A stretch of 58,507 bases of DNA, the filler included, from Dugesia japonica (Eukaryota): NCBI GenBank assembly GCA_001938525.1. It is 6 parts of 6 records of this genome, joined end to end, with 100 filler letters (N's around TTAATTAATTAA, not from the genome) between each part and the next. Parts side by side here need not be neighbours in the genome. Positions count along the whole stretch, not along the records: positions 20,996 to 29,337 come from MQRL01624043.1; positions 29,438 to 37,748 come from MQRL01565732.1; positions 37,849 to 48,671 come from MQRL01532653.1; 3 more parts are not named here. One strand, given 5' to 3'. Below are positions 26,543 to 38,783 of the stretch, piece after piece (the first letter of the stretch is position 1; the number at the start of each line of letters is the position of its first letter). Below the pieces are notes generated by a model. The model did not search any database, had not been told where the DNA came from, and saw only the letters and a program-made list of their open reading frames with translations. Position numbers and translations under genes: made by a program.

Positions 26543-27475
26543 TATATATAATATTAATCTATATTGAAAAATGACTTAAAAAATTTACAATATTATTTGA
26601 GTTCCTGAGTAAATTCTTCAACATTTTTCTACACTTTTTTTATAATATTAACGCACAGTTATAGGCAGCGTAGGATGCCAGAAATGTATTTGTTTTCATA
26701 TATTTTAATTTAAATTATTTTTGAAAATTTATTCTTTTTTTTGTTACATTATTTTATATTTATTGTTATATTTATTTTATATTATTATATTAACCATTCT
26801 TTATCATGACAAATAAATCGGTGCTAACCTTTATATTTAATTTTTAATTTCATTATTAGCGATTTTAATTTTAATAGACTTTCAAAATTTAAAGTACAAC
26901 TTAAAGTTATCATTATTATCTCTCCCGCTAGAATTTCCCATGGTGATTTATTCCAATAAATATTAATTTTCTAAGTAACTTCTAAATTATGTTTTGTTGA
27001 ACTAATATTCTATAATAATCTATTTTCGTTTTTAACTCTATATAAATATTGGATATCGATTAGATTTCTAAGTTCTGTAAATTTTAAATTCAGATTTCAA
27101 CATTGCAATTTAATTTATTTTCTACTGATTCTTAAATAATAAACATTTATATATTTTCCTAGAAAAACGTGTTTTATGATCATACATAAAACATAAATAA
27201 TTTAGAATTATACAAGTATTAAACAGCCAACTTTTTCATTACTCATCAGTTGTCTGTTGTTTTATCAAATAATCTGTGTGCGTAGGAATGCTATTATTCA
27301 TAACCACGCAATTATTTAAATATAAACTTGAAAATTATTTTTATAATTTTATATTTATAATTAAATATTTTTTTGTATTTAATTAGGTGGTCGTGAATTC
27401 GATATTTTTAATAATGGTATTTAAAATTTATAAATGAAGATTGCCAGCCATAAAATATTTTATCAAGCATGTTAA

Positions 27476-27650
27476 CCTTTAAGTACTCGTGTCTGGTCAA
27501 AATGACTCAATACGTATAATCTTTATCTTATGTGGTAATTATTTCAAAGGAAGATCAAATGTTTTCCTAATCTTTTTATTTAACAAAAGCTACTAGTTAG
27601 TTATGTGACTGGTTTGATTTATTGCTTTCCACGATACGAGTACTTAAGGG
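27476..27650. mobile_element. piggyBac-like MITE
   Basis: TTAA|CCTTTAAGTACTCGT ... ACGAGTACTTAAGGG|TTAA. Confidence 0.8.
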
Positions 27651-28289
27651 TTAAATGATTATGCAAAATCGATTAAATCTACTTTTTGTATTTTGTGTAT
27701 TTTAGTGTATATATTCGTAATACGTTTCCCTAACAATAACGATCAAGATCAGTTAATGAAAAAATCTTATTGGCCATTGAAAAAAATATTTTTTTCAGAA
27801 GCCTATTTAATTAACCTATCACTTTTCTCCACTTTCTGTTTTATGGAGTTAATCGATTTGACTAGCGATTGGCACAAATATGAAATAATTTTTTTATTGC
27901 TTGTTAANNNNNNNNNNNNNNNNNNNNNNNNNNNNNNNNNNNNNNNNTTTTGTCATTTATATTTTACTGCATGTTTAAAAAATATATAGTTAAAATTCAA
28001 ATTTCCTATTGATGATTTTCCCAAAATTTTATATCTGTATGCAATAATAAAAATAATTTTAAATAATAATTGAAAATTTGTAATTTTAAAATATGATTTA
28101 ATAATTTTTTGAAAATTTTAGTAAGTCATAAATTCACCAAAGAAATCATTTCTTTTTTGTTATTGTAATTACAGTATTAGAAATAATTTGGAGAAATTGC
28201 CGAGTGAAAGATAAAGTAGAATGTAGGTTATTCATAAATGTTTGGTATGGTTAAAAACATATGGATAAAGATGTAATTAACATTCGATT

Positions 28290-28495
28290 CAGTGGCGTAG
28301 CAAGGAGGGAAGGGGTTCTATCATGCCCCGGGCGAAATGAAATGATCCCTAATATGAACAAGATTTTCTGCGTCCAAAAAAAATTTTTTTTAACTTAATT
28401 AATTAATTACTGCTGAATGTTTTTCTGGTTTTCGGGGAGTGGGGGAATGGAAAAAAGGTATTGTGCTCTGGGTGCCAGTTAGGCTTGTTACATTA
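28290..28495. mobile_element. Degenerate hAT-like MITE
   Basis: Starts CAGTGGCGTAGC with a G-rich subterminal region and GCCCCGGG. The right end is degenerate. Confidence 0.4.
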
Positions 28496-29337
28496 AGAAA
28501 ACATTTCGATTTAGTTTCAATAAAACACTCATGAAATGTATTCAAGTAAATAAGAAGAATATCAGTGAATTTCAAATTATAGTTTTGTATAAATATAAAA
28601 TAAATTCCAATTTTTGAAATTGAATCTGAACTTAATATTTGAATTTTTTCATATGAGAAATTCCATATTTTTCAAAATCAATCTTAGCTATTTCGTATAT
28701 AATCTTAATTAAATTCGATCTTGGTGGAGAAAATCTCAAAAAAATGTAATTATGCTAATTTATTTATGAGTTAAAAATTTTCAATTAGAATATTCTTAAT
28801 TTCTGATTGTCTTAATTTTAAAATCGACTTTGAACCATGTTTTATTACGACCATGTTTTTTTTCAATCCTATAATTTTCATTGGAAAATTTTTCTTTTGA
28901 TTAAATTTTAAACCAATTTATTTAATCAGCTTCAGTTTTTTGTGCATTTCAATATTTATCATTTATAGACGCATTATCTAGATGCATTCATTTATCTATT
29001 AACAGATTCAAGGAGAAAAAAAATATCCGATATATTAATTTGACACTGAACGTGAACGTATTAAGTTGACCATTTATTGATAACGATTTTAATGTATTTG
29101 GATTCTAATTAAATTAATATAAAGTATTTTACATTTTATTACAAGTTTATTTCGAATTTTCCAAGAAAAAATTGAAAATTTTATGGCACGGGAAATTTAG
29201 GAAATCAATAAGTTACCTTAAAATAATTCTAAATAAAAAAAACATCATTACATCAACATGCATTATTATTTATGCCAGGCATGTGCAACATACGGCCCCC
29301 GAGTTGGATCCAGCTTACTGCTTGATTTTATCCGGCC

Positions 29338-29437
29338 NNNNNNNNNNNNNNNNNNNNNNNNNNNNNNNNNNNNNNNNNNNNTTAATTAATTAANNNNNNN
29401 NNNNNNNNNNNNNNNNNNNNNNNNNNNNNNNNNNNNN
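29338..29437. other. Artificial contig spacer
   Basis: 44 N + TTAATTAATTAA + 44 N. Confidence 0.97.
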
Positions 29438-29909
29438 TAATAATGAAAAGTGAGTTGAAATTTTTGTTTGTGGTTGGAATTCATTTTCTTAAAATCTTTT
29501 TTAAAAGTTGAGAGTTAGAAATTAAATCAGAAAGTAAATTAAGTTAAATAAAACTTTTGTACAAAAAATTATGAATAGTTTACTTTAAATTAGTTTAAAT
29601 ATTTTTATACACAATTTATTGCAGATTTTAAGAAATTACTATTTTATTTAAAGTTTCTGAAATATTTGTATTGGAAATTGAAAAATAAATGAAAATTTTA
29701 TTTAAAATTTCGGAAATATTTCATGAGAAAGTTTAATAGTAAAAATTTTATCTTAACTTTTAAAAACATTGAAAAATTATTTCCAATTAGAACAGAGTTT
29801 TAATTTGTTTGAATAAACAAATAATGATGTAAATAATTTTTGAGTTGTGAATAAATCTATCATGGAAACGAGTTTTGACATTAAATAACTGATGAGTACT
29901 TCAGACTTA

Positions 29910-30172
29910 TACAACAACAATAATAATAATGATGATAACAATAATAATAAATAATAATCATAATAATAATAATTATAATAATTATAATAATTATAATAAT
30001 TATAATAATTATAATAATTATAATAATTATNNNNNNNNNNNNNNNNNNNNNNNNNNNNNNNNNNNNNNNNNNNNNNNNNNNNNNNNNNNNNNNNNNNNNN
30101 NNNNNNNNNNNNNNNNNNNNNNNNNNNNNNNNNNNNNNNNNNNNNNNNNNNNNNNNNNNTAATAATAATAGT
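29910..30172. repeat. (AAT)n / (AATAATTAT)n microsatellite spanning a gap
   Basis: Directly visible; it explains the poly-N/Y ORF calls. Confidence 0.9.
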
Positions 30173-30859
30173 AATTTGAGTATTAGTTTTCATAAAAATA
30201 GTAACATTATAAGTATTGACGATATTACTAATATTACGGATGAAGAAGAGATGATACTGATATTATGAATGTGAAAACCAATGATAATAATAGACAATCA
30301 AATAAGAATAAAAACAATAATGATAATAATAATAATAAGTTACTATAATAATAACATGGTTATAACAAAAATATTCATTTGAAGGAAATATGGTCAGGAA
30401 CTGGATTGGGAATTAGCAAACAGATATTAAATTATTAGATTTTTAAATTAGATTATTTAAAACTCATCAGTTGAAATTAAAGAATATTGAAAATGATTTA
30501 TGCTAAAGTTAAAATAAAATTTATTTGTTGAGTAGGTGGAAGTGAGTGCACTAAAACATGATGTTTACATTATCTCACACCTTAATGTAAACCGTGAAAT
30601 TGATACCTGAGGTGTGAATTTTTACACCTTTAAAATGGACAATATTAGGTGCAAGATTTCACACTTCAGTTGACCTCAAATTAATATTTTTGTTTTATTT
30701 AATAAGAAAAAATTTCACACATGAATGAAAATTTTTTATTTACAATAAACACAATATCAACAAGATTAATGTCAAATTTTCTTTCGGTTTTTTCCTGGAT
30801 CGGATTCAGAGCTCAGCAGTTCACAAAAAAGAGTGATTATATACAACTTTTAATTAATT

Positions 30860-31480
30860 AATAATTTCATATTGGTCATAGGCCATACTCTTATTTTTTC
30901 AATAGAAAAACGTTTGTCATCCAGACATGATAACAAACGTTTCTTACTTTCCACCGTAAATAATTAATTACTGATTGACCAAAAATTGTTTTGATTGACT
31001 TTCATTTCTGCTACACCGTCTTCATTATTATATGAATCCAAGTAATTTTGATGTTGGATATTAGTTTGCTTTAAATTTATTCCCTTCGTTTTCATTGACA
31101 CATCATCATCCTCTTAAGACTGTAGCACTTTGGACGTAAAAAAACCCACTCGATATAGTTTTATCTTTGCTCTTCACCTTTAAATAGGCCGATCTTGTTG
31201 ACTACTTTACTTGAGTAGAGAGGATGATCCTTTCGATAATTGCTAGTGTCTCTTATACCATCTAATTTCATCTCTGATTTTTTATCAACTTCAGAGCATG
31301 CAAGGAAAACGCTATCTATATCACCAACAACAATATCGATTGTACACTTAAACAGCTGGCGATATTCTTCATATTGTAGCTGTTTGCTCAAATCCAGCAC
31401 CATCTGACCAATATAGCTCAGACGATTTAAGGATATATTGTCTTTATCCAACAAAACAGATTTCAATCCATCAGCAATGT
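30860..31480 (-). pseudogene. Maverick protein-primed DNA polymerase B, C-terminal part
   Basis: YIGQMVLDLSK, GDIDSVF (degenerate DTDS), DTSNYRKDHPLYS, IGLFKGE, EWVFLRPKCYSL, KGINLK, LSCLDDKRF. Confidence 0.85.
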
Positions 31481-31880
31481 CAACCGTCTTCTTGAATATT
31501 GACATTTTTTGATTTTGGCATTCTTTCCAATTTCCAATCAATAACATACAAAATTGTAATTTTATGTCCTGTTAAGTAAAGATGATCAAAAGATTGTTCT
31601 TTAAACTCTAAATCATTATCCAACTGTTTCGTTGCTTGCCTCATTTTCTCGAGATCACGTCCAATCATATTCTTTGTTAAATACGTGTTTTTTGATTTTT
31701 CAATTTCTACAGTATTTACAATAATTGGTTTATCTAGCAAGTGGAAATGGTGATTTTTAAATTTCTAAACGGTTGGTTGATGTTCTATTTCATTTTGTTG
31801 TTCATAGTTTATTGTGAAATCGTAAAATCCTAAAAGAAAGTTATACATTTATACATAATATTCTTTAATAGTAAAAATGC

Positions 31881-32333
31881 TTAATTTAAACAATGATGTA
31901 TATATTTTGCAATTTCTTTGATAATTTTATGATAATTTAATGACTGTAGTCCAAGAATGACAACTTTTCCACTGTCAAAACCATTGACAAATAATGAATT
32001 GTAAATGTTGACTCTTAACTCTGGAAATAGTTCCGGTTTGAACCAACAATCTAATACACTGCTCAATCTATATAAATTCACCCCCCTTCCTAGATCACAT
32101 GTTACAGAAATTGATTGAATACCATCTATTTAGATATTGAGATTTTTGCAAGTAATATTTTTATCGATTATCGGTTTCTTGTATCCCATGATTCGACATT
32201 TTCCAGACTCAAAAGCAATTACAGAATAATCTTTCATTTTCACTACATATCGTCTGGGTTTCTACCAGGTATTAAATCGAAGATCTGAAGATGAATCAAT
32301 TAGATGAGCTCTGTAATTAATATTTGATAACAT
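31881..32333 (-). pseudogene. TATA-binding-protein-like ORF (150 aa, two internal stops) inside the Maverick
   Basis: Single frame: MLSNINYRAHL...KPRRYVVKMKDYSVIAFESGKCRIMG...IQSISVTCDLGRGVNLYRL...WFKPELFPELRV...VNGFDSGKVVILG. It carries both TBP repeat signatures (IFSSGKMVCTG; IQNMVGSCD; YEPELFPGL; IFVSGKVVLTG). Confidence 0.8.
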
Positions 32334-32415
32334 TGCTTAATGACGAATGAGAAATAATCATGAGCTTTTATACTTTTTTTTGTATAAACAAAATCATTTC
32401 CATGGTTTTTGTAAA

Positions 32416-33361
32416 ATGTTACTACAAAACAACGCGGTTTTCAAATAGTTGGTAGTAGCGATGGGCGGTGTGTATAAAGAGCATAGACGTAATCAGCGCA
32501 AGCTAATGACTTGCGCTTACTAGGAATTCCTCGTTCATGTGAAATAATACAATTCACCATCTTTGTTACGACCGTATTTCACAAGATGGCCCAACTATTT
32601 CTAGTAAGGTTACTCGTTGGAACATGATAGCGCGCGTGCGGCCACGACATTTAAGGACATCACAGACCTGTTATTGCTCTTTTTCATTTAGCTATACGCT
32701 ATTTATTCTTCTAAGAAATGATTATTTACTAGTTAAAATAGATACACTATTTAGCAAGTTAGAGTCTCGTTTGTTATCGGAATTAACCTCACAAATCGCT
32801 CCACCAACTAAGAATGTGGAAGCGGCAAAACATTATTTGTTTGCAAATTACTACAAAGCAAATTTTTTCGGACAAAGTTCAAGCATATTTTTGGCATCAA
32901 GGTGGTGGAGGTGAAGCCGGCTTGACTAATGGTGAATTTTGCAAGTTGAGAAAGATTACGATAGTTGATGAATTCGATGATGATTGGTTAAAGAGATTAA
33001 ATACTGGGGATGTTATTGAAATAGATGATTTGTTTTAAGAGACAAATAAGTAAGCTGATTTTAAAAATTTTTTCCAAAAACTGCTCGTCAAGGTAATGTA
33101 ATTGTCATCTTGTACATGTAATCTAAATGTCCATTGTTTGGTTTTATTCAAAGATCCACGAGATTAAGCTGTGGTTGACTATATTTCTCGTCAAGCATTT
33201 CCTCAACATAAAGGATTTTTATCTGATACATTTGGCGATGTTACTACAAAATCACATAGATATTTATTTATTGATTTTCACAACAATGTTCTGATGCGAA
33301 GTGAGTAAAAACCGATATTTTTAATTCGGAAGGAATAACAGTTTTCAAACCATTGGTATAA
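32416..33361 (+). pseudogene. Maverick A32/FtsK-like packaging ATPase, interrupted by an rDNA fragment
   Basis: MLLQNNAVF..VG / insertion / GSGKTLFVCKLL (Walker A), VIEIDDLF (Walker B), NVHCLVLFKDPRD, YISRQAFP, RYLFIDF. Confidence 0.85.
32451..32816 (-). rRNA. Degenerate 18S rRNA fragment (3' third), non-functional insertion
   Basis: The reverse complement contains universal 18S blocks: TTCTTAGTTGGTGGAGCGATTTGT, GCAATAACAGGTCTGTGATG, GCACGCGCGCTA, ATGAACGAGGAATTCCTAGTAAG, TACACACCGCCCATCGCTACTACC. Confidence 0.93.
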
Positions 33362-33392
33362 ACAAAACTAGTACTTAATAAAAAAACAAAAA

Positions 33393-33871
33393 ATGAATCG
33401 ATTTAAAAAATTTGTCATCAAACAAAAGGGTGGTAGTGGTGTTAATTTGAGACGATTTACACGAAGTATTCCATACTTTAAGGCAATTTTAAGGGCTCAA
33501 TCAAATTCACGATGACAAATTATACATTTAATGTCGGCATTTGTAATGAATGACTTCATCAGTGTTTTGCAACAAATTGTTTTTGATAGAATCAATTTTG
33601 GTGACAAAAATATAAAATATCGATTGAAAAAGTATCAAGAAGCTCTTGTAGATATAGCGAAAGCAATGAATCTGGCAGCAAAAAAACGAATACTTGAAAG
33701 ACATTTTCCTATACAAAAGAAAAACAAGAAAAAGTGTAAAAACAAGTTTATTATAGACAAAACGGAAATAGATTAGCTTGGGCTGCACTTTTGCTGGTTC
33801 TAAGTTTGTTGGAAAAAGCGGCTGCAACCGGTGCAGTTGGTACTGCTACAGAATATGCTACAAAAAAATAG
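33393..33871 (+). pseudogene. Basic Maverick conserved small (core-like) protein
   Basis: KQKGGSG protease-type site and RLKKYQEALVDIAK...KKRIL pattern typical of the ORF lying between ATPase and integrase. Confidence 0.55.
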
Positions 33872-33979
33872 TATTGATTCTGTATAAAAAAATTTAATTT
33901 ATTTTGATATTTTAATAAATGATTGTTGCACCTTCGTCGCTTAATATTATAGACATTTTATTAAATATTCGTTGCTGTA

Positions 33980-35000
33980 TTTCACGCAATCAAGTTGATA
34001 GAACAACTATGGTACAATCCAAAGGACGCAGTTGGATACGCCGGTATTTTAAAGCTTTCTAATGCTGCAAATGTTTCGGTAAAAGACACAAAGAAATGGT
34101 TAGGTAAACAGTTGGCGTATAGTTTGAATAGTCCAATGCGGAAACGGTTTTCAACGCGGAAATATATTGTTGCTGATGTTAATAGACTATAGCAAATGAA
34201 TTTGATGAAAGTGATTATATATGCATGCATAAATAATAAATACAGATATATTTTGACATGTGTTGATGTATCTAGAAAGAGTTGCACATGCAGTTCCAAT
34301 AAAACGGAAATCTTGTAAAGACATTTGTTGGCTTTGACGGTAATGTTTAACGATTTTCACCCAAAAGCTATTCAAACAGATTTAGTTAAAGAGTTTTACA
34401 TTACTCAGGTCAAATCATTACTGAACCAATATGATATACTACATTATTCAGTATTTTCTCAATACTAGGCTGCCCTAGTTGAGCGATTTAATCGAACACT
34501 ACGCACACGATTAATTAAGTTCTTTACCAAACAAGGTAAAAAAAATGTATATAGGTTTTACCAAAAATTATTTATGCATACAACCATTCTAAGCACTTGG
34601 AGGAGGAAAAACACCAGTTGATATTACAGATGATGATGAGTATACATTTTACTTCATAAAAAATAAACCAAAACCAAAATGTAAAATTGGTCAACATGTA
34701 CACATTTCTCGAATTAGTACTACGCTATTCATTAAAAACTTTGATAATAATTGAAGTGATGAAATCTTTCAATCTCAGAAATCAACACGACACAAGTCAT
34801 ATATGTATGAAGATTAAAATATTATAGACAAATTTTATGAGCAAGCATTGCAAGTGTTGCCGGAAAAACCAAGTATTTATCGAATCAAATCAATTCTCAA
34901 AACCAAACGACGAGAAAAATATAAACAATATCTTGTTGATTGGCATGGGTATTCAAAACCAACATGGATTCGAGCATCTCAAATATATAAGACAATTATA
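33980..35000 (+). pseudogene. Maverick retroviral-like integrase with C-terminal chromodomain
   Basis: WYNPKDAVGYAGI..KKWL, YRYILTCVDV, IQTDLVKEF, AALVERFNRTLR, and chromodomain YLVDWHGYSKPTWI. Confidence 0.9.
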
Positions 35001-35002
35001 TA

Positions 35003-35201
35003 TAGTGCAGTCTCGTTAACCCGCGGTCACTGGGGTCTATGATCTGCCCCCTCGGGTTAAGTGAAGCGCGTGTTATATTTGCTATTTTATCGATGATAGA
35101 TTGTTTATATATTCTTACTATGCTGATTATTGCTATGTAGTGCTATGTATTGCTAAGCAGAACCGTGAGTTAATGAGGCGTGGATTAACGGGACTGCACT
35201 G
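35003..35201. mobile_element. pogo/Tigger-like MITE
   Basis: TIRs TAGTGCAGTCTCGTTAACCC / GGATTAACGGGACTGCACTG flanked by TA. Confidence 0.8.
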
Positions 35202-35203
35202 TA

Positions 35204-35448
35204 TTTAATCGTCAGTAGTTGATCCAATCTTTGTTGGTGATGTACGCGTACCACTTTTGAGTAGTAATAATCATTCAATTGGTGATGTTGTACATGCAAA
35301 ACTTGAAAATTCTATGTATTTACCTGTATCGTCATCATCAATCAATAAAATTGAAGTAAATATATGTGATGCAGAAAGATTGATTGATTTTTCATATGGA
35401 TCGAAAAAAAGATTAACTCTACATTTTCGAAAAGCATATAGCGTATAA
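35204..35448 (+). pseudogene. Maverick minor capsid (penton-like) protein, C-terminal part
   Basis: FVGDVRVPLL, MYLPVSSSSINKIEVNICD, IDFSYG, LTLHFRK. Confidence 0.7.
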
Positions 35449-35482
35449 ACAATTTGATTACAATTGAATAATCATTATAAAA

Positions 35483-35887
35483 ATGATTGATCAAACTATT
35501 ATTACAATGTTTAGTTGCCCACAAATGGGAGGAGACTTATCATATTTTATCGGTAAACAACAGCATGGTGATGGAAATTAGTTGCACAAAATTGGACGAT
35601 TTGCAATGCCAATTTTGTAGAAATTTGAACTTCCAATTTCAAAGTCGGTGAGACGGGCAGCACTAAAGACTGTTGATGATGTTATAAGTAAGAAGCAGTC
35701 ATTTAAGAAATTACTCAAAAACCAAGCAATAAATGTGTTGCCGGATTTGAAAGCAAATGCCACTAATGTATTCAAGGAAGTTGTTGATGAACAGCATGGT
35801 AGTGAAATAGGTAAACGAAAGGATAAACAAACAACATTGAGTATAGACAAAGGACGGCGACTAAATGGAACCATCTTTACAAAATAA
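35483..35887 (+). pseudogene. Maverick Gly-rich core-like protein
   Basis: PQMGGDLSYFIGKQQHGDG...GRFAMPIL and EQHGS motifs, located between the minor and major capsid genes. Confidence 0.6.
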
Positions 35888-35892
35888 AAATT

Positions 35893-36230
35893 ATGTACAC
35901 CGAAAAAACTGAACTATCATTATTTGACCATGATATACCACAGGTTTTGCTGAAAGCTTAGCATTTGAAGAAATCTACCCCAAAAGACTCTATAACCGGG
36001 TATTCTGGACAACAAATTGACTTCAATATTATTGGTTAAGATAATGATTACTTGTATTTGAATGATACATTGCTCACTGTTGAAATGAAGACTGTGAAAC
36101 ATGATGGTATGGATTTGGCATAAACTGATAATACCAATGTGACCCCTTCCAATTATTTACTTTTTCACTCTTTTTAAAGAAGTATTATTGACACCAAATA
36201 ATGTAAAGGTTGACGATACCAACTGTTATT
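35893..36230 (+). pseudogene. Maverick double-jelly-roll major capsid protein, N-terminus (truncated)
   Basis: KTELSLF, FEEIYP, QIDFNIIG, YLYLNDTLLTVEMK..KHDG, PSN..FHSLFKEV. Confidence 0.8.
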
Positions 36231-36234
36231 GGTC

Positions 36235-37145
36235 TTTTTATGAAAATGTTTTTTTTTTATTTTATGTGTGTTAGAATTGTCTATATACATACATCCGTGT
36301 GTGTATAGACTTTTACAAAGACTTATATTCTATAATAAATTTTAAAATAAAAAATTAAGTCAATAAAAATATTGATTCAAAAGAATTAAAATTCAAAATT
36401 AAGAAAATAAATTAAAAACTTGGCAACCGTCAAAAGCTGAAATTCAAATCAATCCTTTATCTAAAGCAAGATTCAATTTGTCAAACCAGATCCAAAGTGA
36501 AATTAAGCATCTTAGAATAGCTTTATCAAAATCAAAACCAAACAGAAATCCAAATCAATCCTTTATCTAACGAAAGATTCAATCTCGTCTAAAGAAAATA
36601 ATAACAGTAAATTAACTAATTAAATTTTATTCGTTAATAAGATTTCGTTTAAAGTTGTGTTGATTTATAACATTAGTAATATTTATATTTGTAATATTTT
36701 TTAAAAAAAACAAACGTTGTAAGGTAATTATAAATTACAAGTTAAAGATATAATTGTTCAACACAACATACATTCCGGTTGTCCCAATATCAAGACAGGA
36801 GACACTTCCGGGCTCAACAAATTCTCCTATACACAAATTAATAATTATAATAATAATAATAGTAATAAATTATATGAAAAAACAAATATAGAATCCTCCT
36901 ATCAACCGGTATTAATCGTTCCATTTAATATAATATAATTTTTATAATATTTGTTGTTATATAATGTTTTTTTTTTTAATTTTTAATTTTAATTCTTTTG
37001 AATCAATAATTTATATTGACTTCATTTTTTATTTTAAAATTTATTATAGAATATAAGTCTTTGTAAAAGTCTATACACACACACGGATGTATGTATATAG
37101 ACAATTCTAACACACAAAAAATAAAAAAAAACATTTTCATAAAAA
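36235..37145. repeat. Long inverted repeat (~165-bp arms, 36235-36402 / 36976-37145)
   Basis: GTTAGAATTGTCTATATACATACATCCGTGTGTGTATAGACTTTTACAAAGACTT on the left arm and its reverse complement on the right arm. Confidence 0.85.
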
Positions 37146-37415
37146 CGATATATATTTACAAAACTCGGTAATTTCGGATCAGATGAATAAGTTTTGTTTG
37201 TTGGTTTGCTCAGATAAAATGAACACAAAAATCTCTTTTGTAAATACAATTTTGGAAGTTTTATCTAAATAAAAATTTCTACATGACGCTATGCATAAAT
37301 AAATTATCATGTGAGATCAAGTCGTGAATTTCAAATATCTGAGATTTTTTAATTATATATATAAGTAGTGTAGAAAATACGTTGGTACGACAATGGGTAC
37401 ACCCCCCATTTTTCA

Positions 37416-37680
37416 AATGTAAAATGTAAAATATAAAATGTAACAAATTAAAAATAAATGTAAAATGTAAAATGTAANNNNNNNNNNNNNNNNNNNNNNN
37501 NNNNNNNNNNNNNNNNNNNNNNNNNNNNNNNNNNNNNNNNNNNNNNNNNNNNNNNNNNNNNNNNNNNNNNNNNNNNNNNNNNNTAAAATGTAACAAATTA
37601 AAAATAAATGTAAAATGTAAAATGTAACAAATTAAAAATAAATGTAAAATGTAAAATGTAAAATGTAACAAATTAAAAAT
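37416..37680. repeat. (TAAAATG)n-based satellite spanning a gap
   Basis: Directly visible tandem units. Confidence 0.85.
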
Positions 37681-37748
37681 ATATGAAGCAACAAAAAGAT
37701 GAAAAATATATGAAGCAACAATAAGATACACAAAGTGACTATTAAAAA

Positions 37749-37848
37749 NNNNNNNNNNNNNNNNNNNNNNNNNNNNNNNNNNNNNNNNNNNNTTAATTAA
37801 TTAANNNNNNNNNNNNNNNNNNNNNNNNNNNNNNNNNNNNNNNNNNNN
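37749..37848. other. Artificial contig spacer
   Basis: 44 N + TTAATTAATTAA + 44 N. Confidence 0.97.
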
Positions 37849-38392
37849 ATAAAATTATATTTTTAATTTATAAATAATTTTATTTTATAAATAATTTTAT
37901 TTTATAAATAATTTTNNNNNNNNNNNNNNNNNNNNNNNNNNNNNNNNNNNNNNNNNNNNNNNNNNNNNNNNNNNNNNNNNNNNNNNNNNNNNNNNNNNNN
38001 NNNNNNNNNNNNNNNNNNNNNNNNNNNNNNNNNNNNNNNNNNNNTAGTTTTTTATTTTATAAATAATTTTTTTATTTTATAAANAATTATTTTTTCTTTT
38101 AAAAATTATTTTTTTATTTTATAAATTATATTTTTAATTTATAAATAATTTTATTTTATAAATTATTTTTTTATTTTATAAATTATGTTTTTATTTTATA
38201 AATATTTTTAATTTAAAAATTATTTTTTTATTTTATAATTTATTTTTTTATTTTATAAATTATTTTCTTAATTTATAAATTATTTTTTTATATTATAAAT
38301 TATTTTATAAATTAATTTTTTATTTTATAAAAAATTTTATTTTATAAATAATTTTTTCTTTTATATAATTTTTTCTATTTTATAAATTATTT
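37849..38392. repeat. AT-only minisatellite (ttttattttataaattat-like)
   Basis: Tandem imperfect ~17-20-bp units. Confidence 0.85.
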
Positions 38393-38783
38393 AAAAGGAA
38401 ATGCTGAATTAATAAATCGGTAGAACACACGCATACAATCACATATGCAGCTTGTGCATAATCAATCTGCAAATGCGATGGAAATTATTATTCACCGTTA
38501 CATGGATTTTATTCGAACATAAAAACATTTCAAAAACGTTTAATCGCGACTTTGATGAGCTACAATTGTAGACGTATTTGAATATAAAAACCTAAAAAGA
38601 AAGCAGAGAAATTACTATTAAGAAAACGAAGTAAAACTATCGAACAAAATATTCCTAGATCTGTGTAGAATTAATAAAAACTAAATTATTAATTAAATTT
38701 ACTATTAATCAAAATTATTAAAATTTAACACAAGTGAAATGTAAAAATTAATTTTAAATTTAAATTTCTTTTCCAAAACTAAC

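Larger units (their letters stand above)
30860..36230. mobile_element. Decayed Maverick/Polinton (endogenous polintovirus) fragment
   Basis: Compact array of hallmark genes: protein-primed PolB, packaging ATPase, c-integrase with chromodomain, minor and major capsid proteins, and GG-site core proteins. TIRs and protease not seen. Confidence 0.9.

Noticed and set aside
29777-30193. Asn/Tyr-rich ORFs
   Set aside because: Translations of a microsatellite and an N gap.
32624-32914. 96-aa ORF in the track
   Set aside because: It is mostly the antisense translation of the 18S fragment.
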